Assembly (NCBI GenBank): GCA_020184695.1 | Contig: JAANOX010000205.1 | Coordinates: 62,001-126,000 of the forward strand | Length of the DNA: 64,000 nt | Direction of reading: 5' to 3' | Source of the DNA: Histomonas meleagridis 2922-C6/04-290x | Taxonomy: Eukaryota; Protista; Parabasalia | Part shown: in pieces, positions 30,039 to 41,684 of the stretch | Layout: every line of letters begins with the position of its first letter | Numbering within the stretch: position 1 is the first letter of the stretch | Notes under the pieces: generated by a model | The model's input: the letters and a program-made list of their open reading frames with translations, nothing else | The model's database searches: none | What the model was told of the DNA's origin: nothing | Program-made: the position numbers and the translations under genes

Positions 30039-32558
30039 TTATAAATCATCGATGAAATCTCTTATATACTGAGCCTCATTGTGTAGTTCCTCATTATTTT
30101 CTTGTTCGATGCCGACCTCCACCAATTTTTGTATATATTTCCTATGCAGCTCTGCGTTTACTCTTGTATTCAGTGCTCTTCCCATATTCTTTATTAAGAA
30201 ATAAATTTCTTTTAATATTCTATCATTAAATATTCCTTTAAAAGAAATTTGTGCCAAGAACTCCAAAATGAAACGTTTTCTCTGTAGTAAGAAATCAATA
30301 TTTTCTTTAAATCCATTAAAAATATTTGTATACCCATGGATTACTGCACAAACGAAATCTTCTTGCAGGTCAATATTTTCGTCGAATTTTTCAATTTTTA
30401 CTTTGGTCAAATTATCGAAGAATTCGATTGCCGCATTTAAGTTTTGTTGTTGAACATATAAATAATTATTCCCGAGAACAAGAGATAATGAAATTATTAT
30501 TGATGGAATTAAATTCTTCTCATTACTTATATTTATGAAATTAAGTAAACTGATGACAACATTATCTGATAATTCTTTAATACTTTGAGGAATATATTGA
30601 AAGATATCTATAATAACCTCAAAAATAATAAATAATAATGTCGAATTATTTGAATCTAATGAAGAAATTAGAATTTGTAAAATATGATTCGAATAATTTG
30701 CTACGTTATATTGACATACTTGAATAAGTGCTGATATTCCTAATAATGAATCTCCAAATAATTCATTTGAATTTAAGAAACTTACAAAACTATTAATAAA
30801 GAATTCGCAATAATCATTCATTATTTGTGGTCCAAGTTTTCTTGTTATTATCATCATTGATTGACATATTGAACCTTTTATATATATATTACTATTGACT
30901 ATATTCACTTTATATTGTTCAATGATTTTAATAATTGCTTCTGTTATATTCTCTGTCGTATTTTTTATAAATGAATTTAACGCATCGAATAAATGAGATA
31001 CAAAAATATCATTTTCATTCTGACTGATGTTCTCAAATATCATATTAAGAAATCGATCAGTATATTGTTCATTAAGTTCATTATCATTATATCGAAAGAT
31101 ATTATTTAATATTTGACACGCCCTTTTCATTATAATACCTTTTAATGGGATATTTTGTTCACATAATGTGAATAATCGTTCGAAATTATTTTCTTCTTTA
31201 ACTAAATCGCCATATTTATGAATGCATTTCGATAATGTCCATAATGTAGTTTCTTTTAATCGTGGACAATCGTTTTGTTCTGCAAATGATATCAGATAAT
31301 TAATTTTGGATAGTATAAATTGATATACATTAGGATTTAATGGATCTGAAGTTAAGACTAAGATACTTAATACTGCAGCATGTATTTCGACCCAATTTTG
31401 TGATTCGATTTTCTCATTACAAAAAAAGCCAAGTCTTTCATATATGAATTCACTATTAAAAAAATAAAATTCACTTAAGACATCTGTGGCATACATATGT
31501 GGTAATATATCAACTGTTGTGTCTTCAATGTCGGTATCATTAATCGGAATGTTTAATAACTCTGAAAGCATAAGATCGACAAATGATTGTGACCCAATGG
31601 AACATACTGATTGACATTCTGGTCCAAGTTTCCTTTCAAATTGTGCAATATCATACCAAAAATTAATGGCAACACATCGTGATGAAGATTGTGAATTAAT
31701 AGTAGCTAAATGAATTAGTTCAAAGATTTTGGGGAGAATTTGTTGATCATTAAATAAAAAATCATGGAATTTGAAAATGATTTCACTCAGAAAATTGACA
31801 AGTATATGAAAAAGTGTAACATCGGAATTTGGAAATGAATTTTGTATTATATTAAGATAACCAATAACAATATCTGGAGAGTATACATTAGGTGCCCAAT
31901 TAAGGAGTTGATAAGAGGCATTAGCAGCATCTATTCGAATGGATAATGGTAAATTTTGATTTACAATGGTGTTCCCTAAATTTTTTGGAAATACATGGAA
32001 AAGACCTTGCTGTTGTTCTGTGACTTTTAAATACGTTTTTTTAAGAATTCGGCAACTAAAGATATCCGATATCGCACGAACTAGACCAGAAAAATATGCT
32101 GGTGATATGCCTGGCTTTGAAATTTCAGCAAAAATTTGAGCACACAAAGAAAAATATTTTTTCCAATCATTTTCGATCAAAACAATATCAGAAATTCCTT
32201 TTGAACACATATTTCGGATACTAATATCTGGGTGTGATAAACCTCGCATAAATGCACCCTTTATTTTTGAATGATATTTAAGTGTAAAATCATTAAACCA
32301 TAGATTCAATAACATTTTATGTGTAAAACCTCTTTTTTCTTTTAAAGCATGTTCCATTAAAACTGAAGCAAATTTTTGTTCTTGAATTTTTGATTTTGGA
32401 TCCAAAAAAAGATTTATCGAATAATCCAAAAAATTGCAAAAAGATTCTGGTTGATAAACTAGAAGATTTAATAAATTTTGGTTTGCCGTATTACGTTCTT
32501 GGTTATCAGTTGTATATAAATAAGTATCTACATAATGTCTAAAATCTTCTTCGCTCAT
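30039..32558 (-). CDS. Importin-beta-like HEAT-repeat karyopherin
   Basis: ERNTANQNL N-terminus, AINFWYDIAQFE, IESQNWVEIHAAV, RLKETTLWTLSKC; ATG at 32558. Confidence 0.8.
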   Translation of the reverse strand: MSEEDFRHYVDTYLYTTDNQERNTANQNLLNLLVYQPESFCNFLDYSINLFLDPKSKIQEQKFASVLMEHALKEKRGFTHKMLLNLWFNDFTLKYHSKIKGAFMRGLSHPDISIRNMCSKGISDIVLIENDWKKYFSLCAQIFAEISKPGISPAYFSGLVRAISDIFSCRILKKTYLKVTEQQQGLFHVFPKNLGNTIVNQNLPLSIRIDAANASYQLLNWAPNVYSPDIVIGYLNIIQNSFPNSDVTLFHILVNFLSEIIFKFHDFLFNDQQILPKIFELIHLATINSQSSSRCVAINFWYDIAQFERKLGPECQSVCSIGSQSFVDLMLSELLNIPINDTDIEDTTVDILPHMYATDVLSEFYFFNSEFIYERLGFFCNEKIESQNWVEIHAAVLSILVLTSDPLNPNVYQFILSKINYLISFAEQNDCPRLKETTLWTLSKCIHKYGDLVKEENNFERLFTLCEQNIPLKGIIMKRACQILNNIFRYNDNELNEQYTDRFLNMIFENISQNENDIFVSHLFDALNSFIKNTTENITEAIIKIIEQYKVNIVNSNIYIKGSICQSMMIITRKLGPQIMNDYCEFFINSFVSFLNSNELFGDSLLGISALIQVCQYNVANYSNHILQILISSLDSNNSTLLFIIFEVIIDIFQYIPQSIKELSDNVVISLLNFINISNEKNLIPSIIISLSLVLGNNYLYVQQQNLNAAIEFFDNLTKVKIEKFDENIDLQEDFVCAVIHGYTNIFNGFKENIDFLLQRKRFILEFLAQISFKGIFNDRILKEIYFLIKNMGRALNTRVNAELHRKYIQKLVEVGIEQENNEELHNEAQYIRDFIDDL

Positions 32559-32688
32559 CAGTTTCTGAACAAAGCTGTTCAATATCCACAAACCGTTTAA
32601 AATAATACCACAAATTGAATGCAAAATCATCGTCTTAAAAAAAATAAATTATTATATTTATAATTTTTATAACAAAATCATGATAATA

Positions 32689-35600
32689 TTACCAAAAAGG
32701 ACACCAACCTATATAATGTCTTACATATTCCATTGGATCCTTTGCGATTTTTATCAAAGTGTCAACTTGCATTGCAACATCTAATTCTTTGTCAGTTGGA
32801 TCTCTACCCGATAATTTAGCTACCACTCTATCCAATATATTTTTCGTTTGCATTGTTGATCTAAAATCATTTTCCAAGAAAATTGGCTCATGAATGAATA
32901 CTTCTAATTGAGCTGTTATTGAACTTTGATTTTCTCTTAAAGTATACATTACATCTTCACAAACTGATCTAAAAACGCCTTCGACACTACTTCCATCCAA
33001 AGCGTTTTGTATCATTCTTGTTAATCTAAAAGGGACTCTTTCAGGGTACATTTTCCTATGAAGTGCAACTTCGAAAGAATCACCAAAATCAATATGAATT
33101 ACACGACCAGTATGTCGTTGTATCATTATGTTCGAAGGATGTCTATCGCCAAGACCTATGATATAACCAGCCATAGACATTAGTGCAGTTGTCTTAGTAA
33201 AATTTCGATTACGTTGTAACCACGTTGTAGGGTTAGGTGAACGTAACCAAAGGATTTCACGTAATTCATTTGCTTTAGTTTTCAAATCGATGAATTCGAA
33301 TGTTTCCATACGTTGTAATGAGTTTAAAGAAGAAAATAATTTTCCGATTATTTGTGATGATAAATCACGTTCAATAGTTCGTGGGATATTACGATGTGTA
33401 CGGAAATCAATTACAAGTTCTTGGAATGTATCAGCGCCATTTACCCAAGAGATTAAACCAGCGTTTGGAGCAAATGGAATTATCGAATATTGTTCAATCG
33501 AAAGAGTTTGTTCTACGTTAAAACGACTTTTCTGTAAAAGGGAATTAATTAAAGTAAAAAATTGCATAATACGTTGATCAAGTCTTAAGTCTTCATTACC
33601 TTTTAATAAATATTTATGTTGTGTACCATATTCATCTATCATAAATATAGTGCGTGGATGTTTTTGTGTGGATAATACACGCATTGTTGGCATGATATAA
33701 TCAAGAAGTGGAGAATGATGATCAACAGAATATGTGCCAGGTATCGCTATACAAAATCCACGTTTATTTGCGAGATCTTTAGATATTTTATTCAGTTGAA
33801 GTGTATCTATAACTTTCATTTTCTCATCAAGTTCAGTATAAAGGATACGAAATGATTCCCATAATTGTTTAGGTGAACCTGGTGAATTCTTCTTGAAACT
33901 TTCGAAATTAGTTCGTACTCTTTGAATAGATGTATTAAATGTCTTTAAAAAGTTTTGATCATCTTCACATTGTGGTGAGTCAAGATTTGATATCATTTTA
34001 TTCATGATATTAATTATTGTAATATTGTCTTGTGTATAAAATGCATGTGAAGCCATATCAAGTGCTGATAACCATTTCTCAATGATTGAAATCGCTGCTC
34101 GATGCATTCCATCAATGAAAAGTTGTACATCTTCAAATTCATCAGGATGTTTCATTCCTAATGAATATATTAAGTTTTGTGCAATTGATGCTTTTTCTCC
34201 ATCATTTAATAATGATAATATATTTAATGGAAAAATTACAGCTTGAAAATGTTCTTCTCCAATTGTTTCAATAATATTCGAAACTATTTGACGTACAAAT
34301 GTACCTTTATGTGCTATATGTACAACAATTTGAGGAATTATTTGTATTATTGTTGCTGGTGAAAGATTTAATAAATCTTTTACTATATATTGTGGTAATT
34401 CAACATCTTCTCCATAGCGGAAAAAGATGGAAAAAACTTGACAAAGAAATTCTAATGAATCATTTTGCCTTAATTTCGTAGCTTTAAGGAATCCATCAAT
34501 TGCAGATATTGTAAATTGTTTAATATTCTCATTCTCATTAGATAAACCTAATAAAGAACTATTTGTATAAGCCCAACCTGCCCAAGTTCGATAATCATCT
34601 GAAATTAATTCATTAGATCGTTCAAATGCGTCACAAATTTTTAATAAAGTCTTTTTATCTGTTTTACGTAATTGATATTGCCAAGCTGCTTGTAATCTAA
34701 GTAATCGAGCTCTTTCTTTTTTAGGTATTTCATTTGATGCTTTTGGCATTGAATTCAAAAGATATTGTTTATCTTCTTGACTTAAATCAGAAAGAATTGA
34801 TTCATTCTCTTCAATTGATTTAGAATTTAATAACATATTAAATCGTTCAAGTAATGATTCTGCTTGAGTTTTAAATCCACGCGCCCATTTAATCTTTAGT
34901 TGTGATATTAAAAAATATATTGGAGTTTGTTCGGAAAAAAATCGAGTACAATATGCATCAATTATTTTCCATCTTCTTTCTTTACGTAATACTGAAAGCA
35001 TCTTAAGATATCCTTCAATATGTTCTGCTGGTGATAATACTAAAGAACGAATTTCAATTAATTTAGTCCAAGCATCACTTTCCGATGAAAAACTTTGTAA
35101 TCGATATTGCCAAATATTTGGTATTTTATGAAGTTTATTTTGTTTCATTGATAAAACTTCTTGAAGTTCAATCAAATGTTGTGCAAAAACCATATTTTGT
35201 GATGCTTTATTATCATCATTACCATTAAATACACTTAATTTTGTTGAAAGTACTTTAAATCCTCGTAAAATACATTCGGATGCAGCATTATAATTTTCCG
35301 ATGATATTAAGAATAATGATTGAAATAAAATGGAATTAAATTCATTATCATCTTGAAAATAAGTAACAAATTTTTGGACAAGTTCAAAATCACGTGAATG
35401 ATAAAATGCCCAAGCAAACCAAATCGCATTAATCTTCTTTTCTTCATCACTCATCTTTTCAAAAGAATCAACATTTTCACGTATTTTATCCCATAATTCT
35501 AAATGTGCATAACATCTTAAAAAACAACTAATACTTTGTTGTTCATGTTGTGATTCATAAATTTCTAAAGCTTTTTCCCATTCGCCAAGTTCTTCACCCC

Positions 35601-38600
35601 ATTTACCTGCTTCTGAAGGATCAATGATATTACTCACAGATACTAAAAGTCCTCGAGCAGAATCAATTCGACCCATTCTCGAATTAAGTTTTAATAAATT
35701 CGCTATAGTTTTTATATCTTTAGGGTTTTCATTATGATATCTTTGAAGATAAAACAATGCAAATGCTGTAGATTCACTTGCATCAGCTAATACATCTTCT
35801 GTAATCTTTAAAGGATATCCACATCGATCTAAGAAATCAGCTAAGTTTAATAAATCAGGATCTTTTTTTTCGAAGTTTTGTAATATCATTTTAATTTTAT
35901 TCGAAAATTGTATTTGATCTGTAAGTGATGTTGTCATCCAACATGAAAAAAAAGCAACTGGAAAAAGCTCTTGTTTAAATGTTTGTGAAAGATTAATTAC
36001 ATTTATACAACTTTGTATTGATATTTGTGGTGAATTTTGGACAACACTTAAACATAAATCATCAATCCATTGTTTAGAATTATTAAATACTGGTTGAGGT
36101 ACATCTTTAAATGGATTTATTTTAGTAGCATTCGATGGCACAAGAAAATATTTCAAATGTGAAGTTTGAAGATGTAAAGGAATCTTTTGAATAAATGGAC
36201 AATTTTCTGGAATAATAATTGTGTTCATATTTTTTAGTTTCTCCAAATTTTGAAGTGTATAATTAAATGTTTTACATTGCTTTTCAACTACTTCATAAGG
36301 TAAATGTGAATAAACTATTAATGAAAGCATTAAATTACCTATACTTGTAGGACATTTTTCAACGTTATGAAGCATATTAAAACAAAGATGTGCAATTCTT
36401 GATGAATATATATTAATAGAATAAGTTTGTACAAGCATTGTTAAAGCTTTTAACAGAATATTTTGTTTACGTGCACCTATATTAAATATTCTTGATTCAA
36501 TTAATTGAAGAAATAAATCAAAACATTGATGTTGATAATATATTGAAAAAACAATAAATTGAATAAGTGTTTTAAAATAATTTATATCATTTGTATCGAA
36601 GTAATGTAATGAAGAAGGATATAATTGTGTAGAAATTGGTATAAACTCAATGTTTAAATGATATGATAAAACTAAAGCAATTCTTAAACATTGATGATTA
36701 TCAATATGATTCTTTAATAAAGGTTCAATTAAATCAAGATGTGGTACAACATGAGATTTACATTTCGTTATAATTAATTCAAGTTGATTAAATAAATTTG
36801 TATTGACTTCATCAAACTCAATTGCTTCAATAAAACCTTTTATAACACTTCTCATGAATGGTATAGAATGTGCTGTTTCTTTAGTAACTATATTACAAAT
36901 AGCTTCAAATATACTTGGAGATGCATCTTTTTTTGCCATTTGAGTTAAAGATTTCATTACGAATGAAGTAAAATATGCCGAATTTTTTATAGCAAATAAA
37001 GGTGTTACTGCTTTATCATCTTGGAAATCTATATAACTTATATTAGAAGCACCTAAAGTACCTGTTAATTTAAGTATTCCAATTGCTACAACTTGTGAAC
37101 ATGTATTACTTCCAAGTAATTTAATTAAACTTGGTAAAAGATCATGATATCTTGTTAATATATTATACTTTGCGCCATCAGACATAACAATTTGTGTTAA
37201 TGAATCAATTGCTGCTAAATAAACAGAATCACAATGTTTCATTGAGAACGCAATACAATAAACTGGTATAATCTGTGGTAAAAATGAAATTATTTTATTC
37301 GATAATATTCCTAATGTATTAAATAAATATATATCACGTTTTTCGATCCATTTCTCATTTTCTATTTGATATACTCGACGAAGATTAAAATCGTTTTCAA
37401 ATTTCGATTCTTTTGTTATGTTTAATCGAATTTGATCTCGATGAATTGAAGAACGTAAATCAGGTTTTGATTCAGGAAAAGGTTTTCCATGTAATAAAAA
37501 AGTCACACATATTAATGTTATACTTGGAATCACAGAATCCACAAATTGTGAAAAATATTTTGCAATTTGTGGTAAAAGTGAACAAATTTTTAAACACCAA
37601 AAATGATCTTGTTCAGTAATATTTGTAATTATATAATTATGTACAAATTGAATAATTGCTGGTTTTAATTCAATTGGATTTTCGATTGCGGCAGATGCTA
37701 TAAATGGAATTGCTGCACGTCGAACAGCAAATGATTTATCAGCAAGAAAGTTAATAATTAAAGATGAAGGAATTGAATATGATGGATCTAATTTTGTTAT
37801 AGCACAAAGACGTACTTTTTTAGATGGATCAAAAGATGCCATATTAGCTAACATACTTTTAGCTTTATCAGTATTAAAGATAGGTAAAACTTGTGAAACC
37901 AAATAACGTATATAATCATTTGATGATGATTCATATTTAGCCAATAAATTAAATACGGAATCCATATGTTCGAATAAAAAATGTCCAAAATATTTTAATA
38001 ATAATAATGAAGTTATTTGATCATTTAATGTAGCACCATTAGCATTTGAAGATGCAAAAAAATCTATAAGTTTAGGCTTTAATACTATCGGTGGAGTTCC
38101 TAATATTAATAATGACTTAATATAATTTTTACATGGTTTGGCATCAATAAAAAGTTGAAGTGGAAATGTTATCGATGGATTTTGCTTTAAAAGTGTACAA
38201 ATAACACCAAACATTTGATTTATAATTCTTTCATTTTGTGATGCTTTTAATATTAATTGCCCAAGTTGTATAATACTTTGATCTGGTATAGAAGTTGGCT
38301 CAATATTTAGTATAAGTTTTTTAAGTAATTTTAATAAACTAATTCGAGGTTCCATAATACACATTGATCGAATCAATGCATTTAATAAATCTTTGGTCAT
38401 TTTTGGAGTAAGCCCATTGTTCTTTGTCTCTGATACTGTTATAAAAAAATATAAAATAGCTTTGTTAACACCAGCGATGTTTAACGTACAAATTTCTTGA
38501 AGCCTCTCAAAAAATTGACCAAGTTTGATCACATTTGGATATGACCTATAAATAAGTCCCGTTACAAGAATAGACCCAATATATGTTTCTGTTTGTTTTG

Positions 38601-39279
38601 TTTTAATGTGTACACTACAATCAAAAAATAAACTTTCGGCAAAATTCTCCGCGGTATGTGATGGAAATTGTTGAAGATGAATTTTTATGACTTTAATTGC
38701 GAGAATACGTACTTCTTTGTCACTTGAACATGCCGCACCCCAAATTTCAGGGAAATATTTTAATGTAATTCCAAAGACATCTGTTGGTAAAAATTTTCCA
38801 ATTTCACTTAATATTAATAATGCATTAAAAATGGAACGCTTACGATTTGCAGGTGTAAGGTATTGTTTAGCAGATTTAAGGGCTTCTCGTAAAAATGGTA
38901 AATTATCACTTGACTCTTCCATTAATAAACACATTAAATAAACAGCTGTTTTGCATATTTCACGATTTTTTGAAGCAGTAAATGAGTTCACAATTGGAAA
39001 TGTCTTTTTAGTTTGATCATAGGATCTTCGAAAATAATGAAGAAGAGAAATCATTATCATACAACTCATTTGTTTCTCTGGTGTTTCGCTCATTGATTTT
39101 TCTTTGATTTCCGATTCCCATCCTGCAAATAAAGCAATAAGCTCTGCTTCACTTAATGATAATAAATACGATCCTAATGTTGAAATTAATTCAGCTCTTT
39201 TGTATTTCCATTGTTTGGCATCAATTGGTTGATCTGTATCAAATAGTTTTGCAAGATTGAGCCCAACTGAAGAACTCAT
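32689..39279 (-). CDS. TOR: TOR-family PIKK kinase (HEAT, FAT, FRB, kinase, FATC)
   Basis: YLLKGNEDLRLDQRIMQFF, GYIIGLGDRHPSNIM, IHIDFGD, ERVPFRLTRM, C-terminal YIGWCPFW. Confidence 0.93.
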   Translation of the reverse strand: MSSSVGLNLAKLFDTDQPIDAKQWKYKRAELISTLGSYLLSLSEAELIALFAGWESEIKEKSMSETPEKQMSCMIMISLLHYFRRSYDQTKKTFPIVNSFTASKNREICKTAVYLMCLLMEESSDNLPFLREALKSAKQYLTPANRKRSIFNALLILSEIGKFLPTDVFGITLKYFPEIWGAACSSDKEVRILAIKVIKIHLQQFPSHTAENFAESLFFDCSVHIKTKQTETYIGSILVTGLIYRSYPNVIKLGQFFERLQEICTLNIAGVNKAILYFFITVSETKNNGLTPKMTKDLLNALIRSMCIMEPRISLLKLLKKLILNIEPTSIPDQSIIQLGQLILKASQNERIINQMFGVICTLLKQNPSITFPLQLFIDAKPCKNYIKSLLILGTPPIVLKPKLIDFFASSNANGATLNDQITSLLLLKYFGHFLFEHMDSVFNLLAKYESSSNDYIRYLVSQVLPIFNTDKAKSMLANMASFDPSKKVRLCAITKLDPSYSIPSSLIINFLADKSFAVRRAAIPFIASAAIENPIELKPAIIQFVHNYIITNITEQDHFWCLKICSLLPQIAKYFSQFVDSVIPSITLICVTFLLHGKPFPESKPDLRSSIHRDQIRLNITKESKFENDFNLRRVYQIENEKWIEKRDIYLFNTLGILSNKIISFLPQIIPVYCIAFSMKHCDSVYLAAIDSLTQIVMSDGAKYNILTRYHDLLPSLIKLLGSNTCSQVVAIGILKLTGTLGASNISYIDFQDDKAVTPLFAIKNSAYFTSFVMKSLTQMAKKDASPSIFEAICNIVTKETAHSIPFMRSVIKGFIEAIEFDEVNTNLFNQLELIITKCKSHVVPHLDLIEPLLKNHIDNHQCLRIALVLSYHLNIEFIPISTQLYPSSLHYFDTNDINYFKTLIQFIVFSIYYQHQCFDLFLQLIESRIFNIGARKQNILLKALTMLVQTYSINIYSSRIAHLCFNMLHNVEKCPTSIGNLMLSLIVYSHLPYEVVEKQCKTFNYTLQNLEKLKNMNTIIIPENCPFIQKIPLHLQTSHLKYFLVPSNATKINPFKDVPQPVFNNSKQWIDDLCLSVVQNSPQISIQSCINVINLSQTFKQELFPVAFFSCWMTTSLTDQIQFSNKIKMILQNFEKKDPDLLNLADFLDRCGYPLKITEDVLADASESTAFALFYLQRYHNENPKDIKTIANLLKLNSRMGRIDSARGLLVSVSNIIDPSEAGKWGEELGEWEKALEIYESQHEQQSISCFLRCYAHLELWDKIRENVDSFEKMSDEEKKINAIWFAWAFYHSRDFELVQKFVTYFQDDNEFNSILFQSLFLISSENYNAASECILRGFKVLSTKLSVFNGNDDNKASQNMVFAQHLIELQEVLSMKQNKLHKIPNIWQYRLQSFSSESDAWTKLIEIRSLVLSPAEHIEGYLKMLSVLRKERRWKIIDAYCTRFFSEQTPIYFLISQLKIKWARGFKTQAESLLERFNMLLNSKSIEENESILSDLSQEDKQYLLNSMPKASNEIPKKERARLLRLQAAWQYQLRKTDKKTLLKICDAFERSNELISDDYRTWAGWAYTNSSLLGLSNENENIKQFTISAIDGFLKATKLRQNDSLEFLCQVFSIFFRYGEDVELPQYIVKDLLNLSPATIIQIIPQIVVHIAHKGTFVRQIVSNIIETIGEEHFQAVIFPLNILSLLNDGEKASIAQNLIYSLGMKHPDEFEDVQLFIDGMHRAAISIIEKWLSALDMASHAFYTQDNITIINIMNKMISNLDSPQCEDDQNFLKTFNTSIQRVRTNFESFKKNSPGSPKQLWESFRILYTELDEKMKVIDTLQLNKISKDLANKRGFCIAIPGTYSVDHHSPLLDYIMPTMRVLSTQKHPRTIFMIDEYGTQHKYLLKGNEDLRLDQRIMQFFTLINSLLQKSRFNVEQTLSIEQYSIIPFAPNAGLISWVNGADTFQELVIDFRTHRNIPRTIERDLSSQIIGKLFSSLNSLQRMETFEFIDLKTKANELREILWLRSPNPTTWLQRNRNFTKTTALMSMAGYIIGLGDRHPSNIMIQRHTGRVIHIDFGDSFEVALHRKMYPERVPFRLTRMIQNALDGSSVEGVFRSVCEDVMYTLRENQSSITAQLEVFIHEPIFLENDFRSTMQTKNILDRVVAKLSGRDPTDKELDVAMQVDTLIKIAKDPMEYVRHYIGWCPFW

Positions 39280-39355
39280 TTTTTTCTCCTTTCGCGTAAT
39301 TCAATACTTTACTTGATTATGACAGAATTCAACTTTTCACAATTGGACTAATTCC

Positions 39356-41591
39356 ATGAAAGGAAATGATATTCATAAAGAAAGAGATGGTTGTCTTGAA
39401 TTATTAATTACATTGGAACATATTATATTCAATCTAAATGAAGAAAATTTGGATTATTCAATTCAACAAACAATGGAATTATTCGATTCAAATTTTTCAC
39501 ATTCATTTAATGTTGTTATAACTTATTTGGTTTTTTATGCTTATTGTTCATTAAAGAATGAAATTGATATTTATTTAAAATATTTGGATTTGATTCAAAT
39601 GAAAGAAGAAGAAATAAATGAAAATATCACAAAGATCAGAGATTTATTTATGAAAAATGTTTCTGAAGCTGGTACACAAGCATCATATTTTCTCATTCAG
39701 AATTTTATTGATCGTAATTTAAGGGATAAAGATATTACCAAAAATATAGCATCCAATTATTTCGCACACTATAAAACTGAAATTAAGAATTTTTTTATCC
39801 AAATTGAAGATTTTTTTCATAAAAATCTTGAAGAGCTTAAAAAGAATGATTGGGAATTACATAAGAAACTAATTAGAGAAGGAGTTAATCCAAATGAAAT
39901 TGCAAAAATAATTCGAAATGATGAAATAGAAAAACTTCAAGAAATATCTTCACAAAATGATTTTAACTTTAATCAAGAAATTGAACCATCACTTTATGAA
40001 AGATGTGATTTTATTAATCGTTTTAATATCCCACTCATTCATTATGCAGCATTTTTCGGATCAATTAAATGTTTCAAATTTTTACTATTACATAATTCTA
40101 AATTTAAGAATGTTGGTAAATATGCAGCTGCAGGTGGAAATATTGAAATAGTTCATTTATGTGAACAAAATAATTTTACATTTAAAGGAGCATGTGAAGC
40201 AGCAATTGAACTTCATCAAAATGATATATTTCGTTATATTTTCGATAATAAAATCCAAACTTTTCATAATTTATTTGTTTTAGGAGAAAAATGTATTTTA
40301 TATCATAATTATGAAATTCTTTCATTTTTAGAGGAAAAAGGATTGGAAATAGAAAGTATTATGATTATTAATTCGGCAAAAGATGGCAATTTATATCTTC
40401 TTAAACATTTCTTTCAAAATGTCCCAGTTTCAGATTATATTCTCGGGGATGTATTCGGATCAAGAAATATTGAACTAATAAAATATTTCATTTCGCAAAA
40501 ATGGATTAACATTAATTTTAAAGATGTTTTTAAATTTTATTTGAAATTGATATCGATAATTTTTTGATTCATTATATTTTTTAAAATTAATTTTGCTAAT
40601 TTAAAACAGCACTAATTTATTCATGTGTATTAGGTTATACAGATATAGTTAAATCAATTCTTAAAAGGAAGGAGATTAATATTCATATTAAAGATGTTTA
40701 CTAACTTTATTTGAAATTTAAATTAATGTTTTCTTGTTTCAATATAAAATTTGATAATTATTTATATATTTTAAAACAGCACTTATGTATGCATGTGAAA
40801 ATGGTTATATAGAAATAGTTAAATTACTTCTTAATAAAATGCGAATTGTTAAACCTAATGAAATTTATTCTCTTTATTCGAAATTTGTTTTGAAAATATT
40901 ATATTTAAATACAATATATGAAAATTATTTAAATTATTTAATGCATTTTCATTGGCTGCTCAATTTGGTCATATGGATATAATTAATTTATTATTACTTA
41001 AAGGAAATAAAACTTATTCAAAGGCCGTTTTATCATTTTATTTCATATTTATTTAAATGATTTATGGTATGAAAATAATATTAGGATATCTTTAAAAGCA
41101 TTTGAGTTGGCAATTCTAAGTGCTGCTGAAAATGGTCATATAGATATAATAAAGCTATTTCTTAAAGAAGAAGGAATTAACATAAATGTTCGTGATATAT
41201 ATTTAATTTATTTAAATTTTATTTATATAATTTTATGTTTTAAAATTATATTTGGAAATTATTAAAATCATTTGAAACACCACTTATCAAAGCAGCTGCA
41301 AATAATCAAATAGAAGTAGTTAAATTACTTTTGGAACAAAAAGGTATTGATCTTAATGTAAAAAGAATTTGTTTGTACCTTAAGGTTTTCCTATTTCAAA
41401 ATAATATTTGGTGTATAATTAAATTATTTGAAACAGCACTTATGGTGGCATTTAAATACCGTTATTTTGAAATAGTTAAATTAATTCTTGAGAAAGAAGG
41501 AATTGATATAAGTACATTAAATATCAAATCCTTTTATTTAATATTTATAAAATACATATGGAAATTATTTATATTATTTAAAACATCATAA
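39356..41591 (+). CDS. Ankyrin-repeat/DUF3447-type gene C; open after spacer removal
   Basis: 2236 nt minus 26x17 = 1794 nt = 598 codons with no internal stop; last repeat truncated (...NGKTS*). Confidence 0.82.
40526..41579 (+). other. Seven blocks of 17-nt spacers with single-codon micro-exons (gene C)
   Basis: 40526-40605 (EFKK), 40696-40775 (ELDK), 40863-40939 (EYE), 41027-41106 (HMGE), 41197-41276 (KYGE), 41367-41432 (irregular, ..PGE), 41523-41582 (NGK). Confidence 0.87.
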
Positions 41592-41684
41592 GAAACAATC
41601 ACAAAAACAAAAAAAATTTTATAAATTTTCAAATTTAATTTTGTTTATTGGTTCCTATGACAATGAAATAAAAATTTTTATTAG

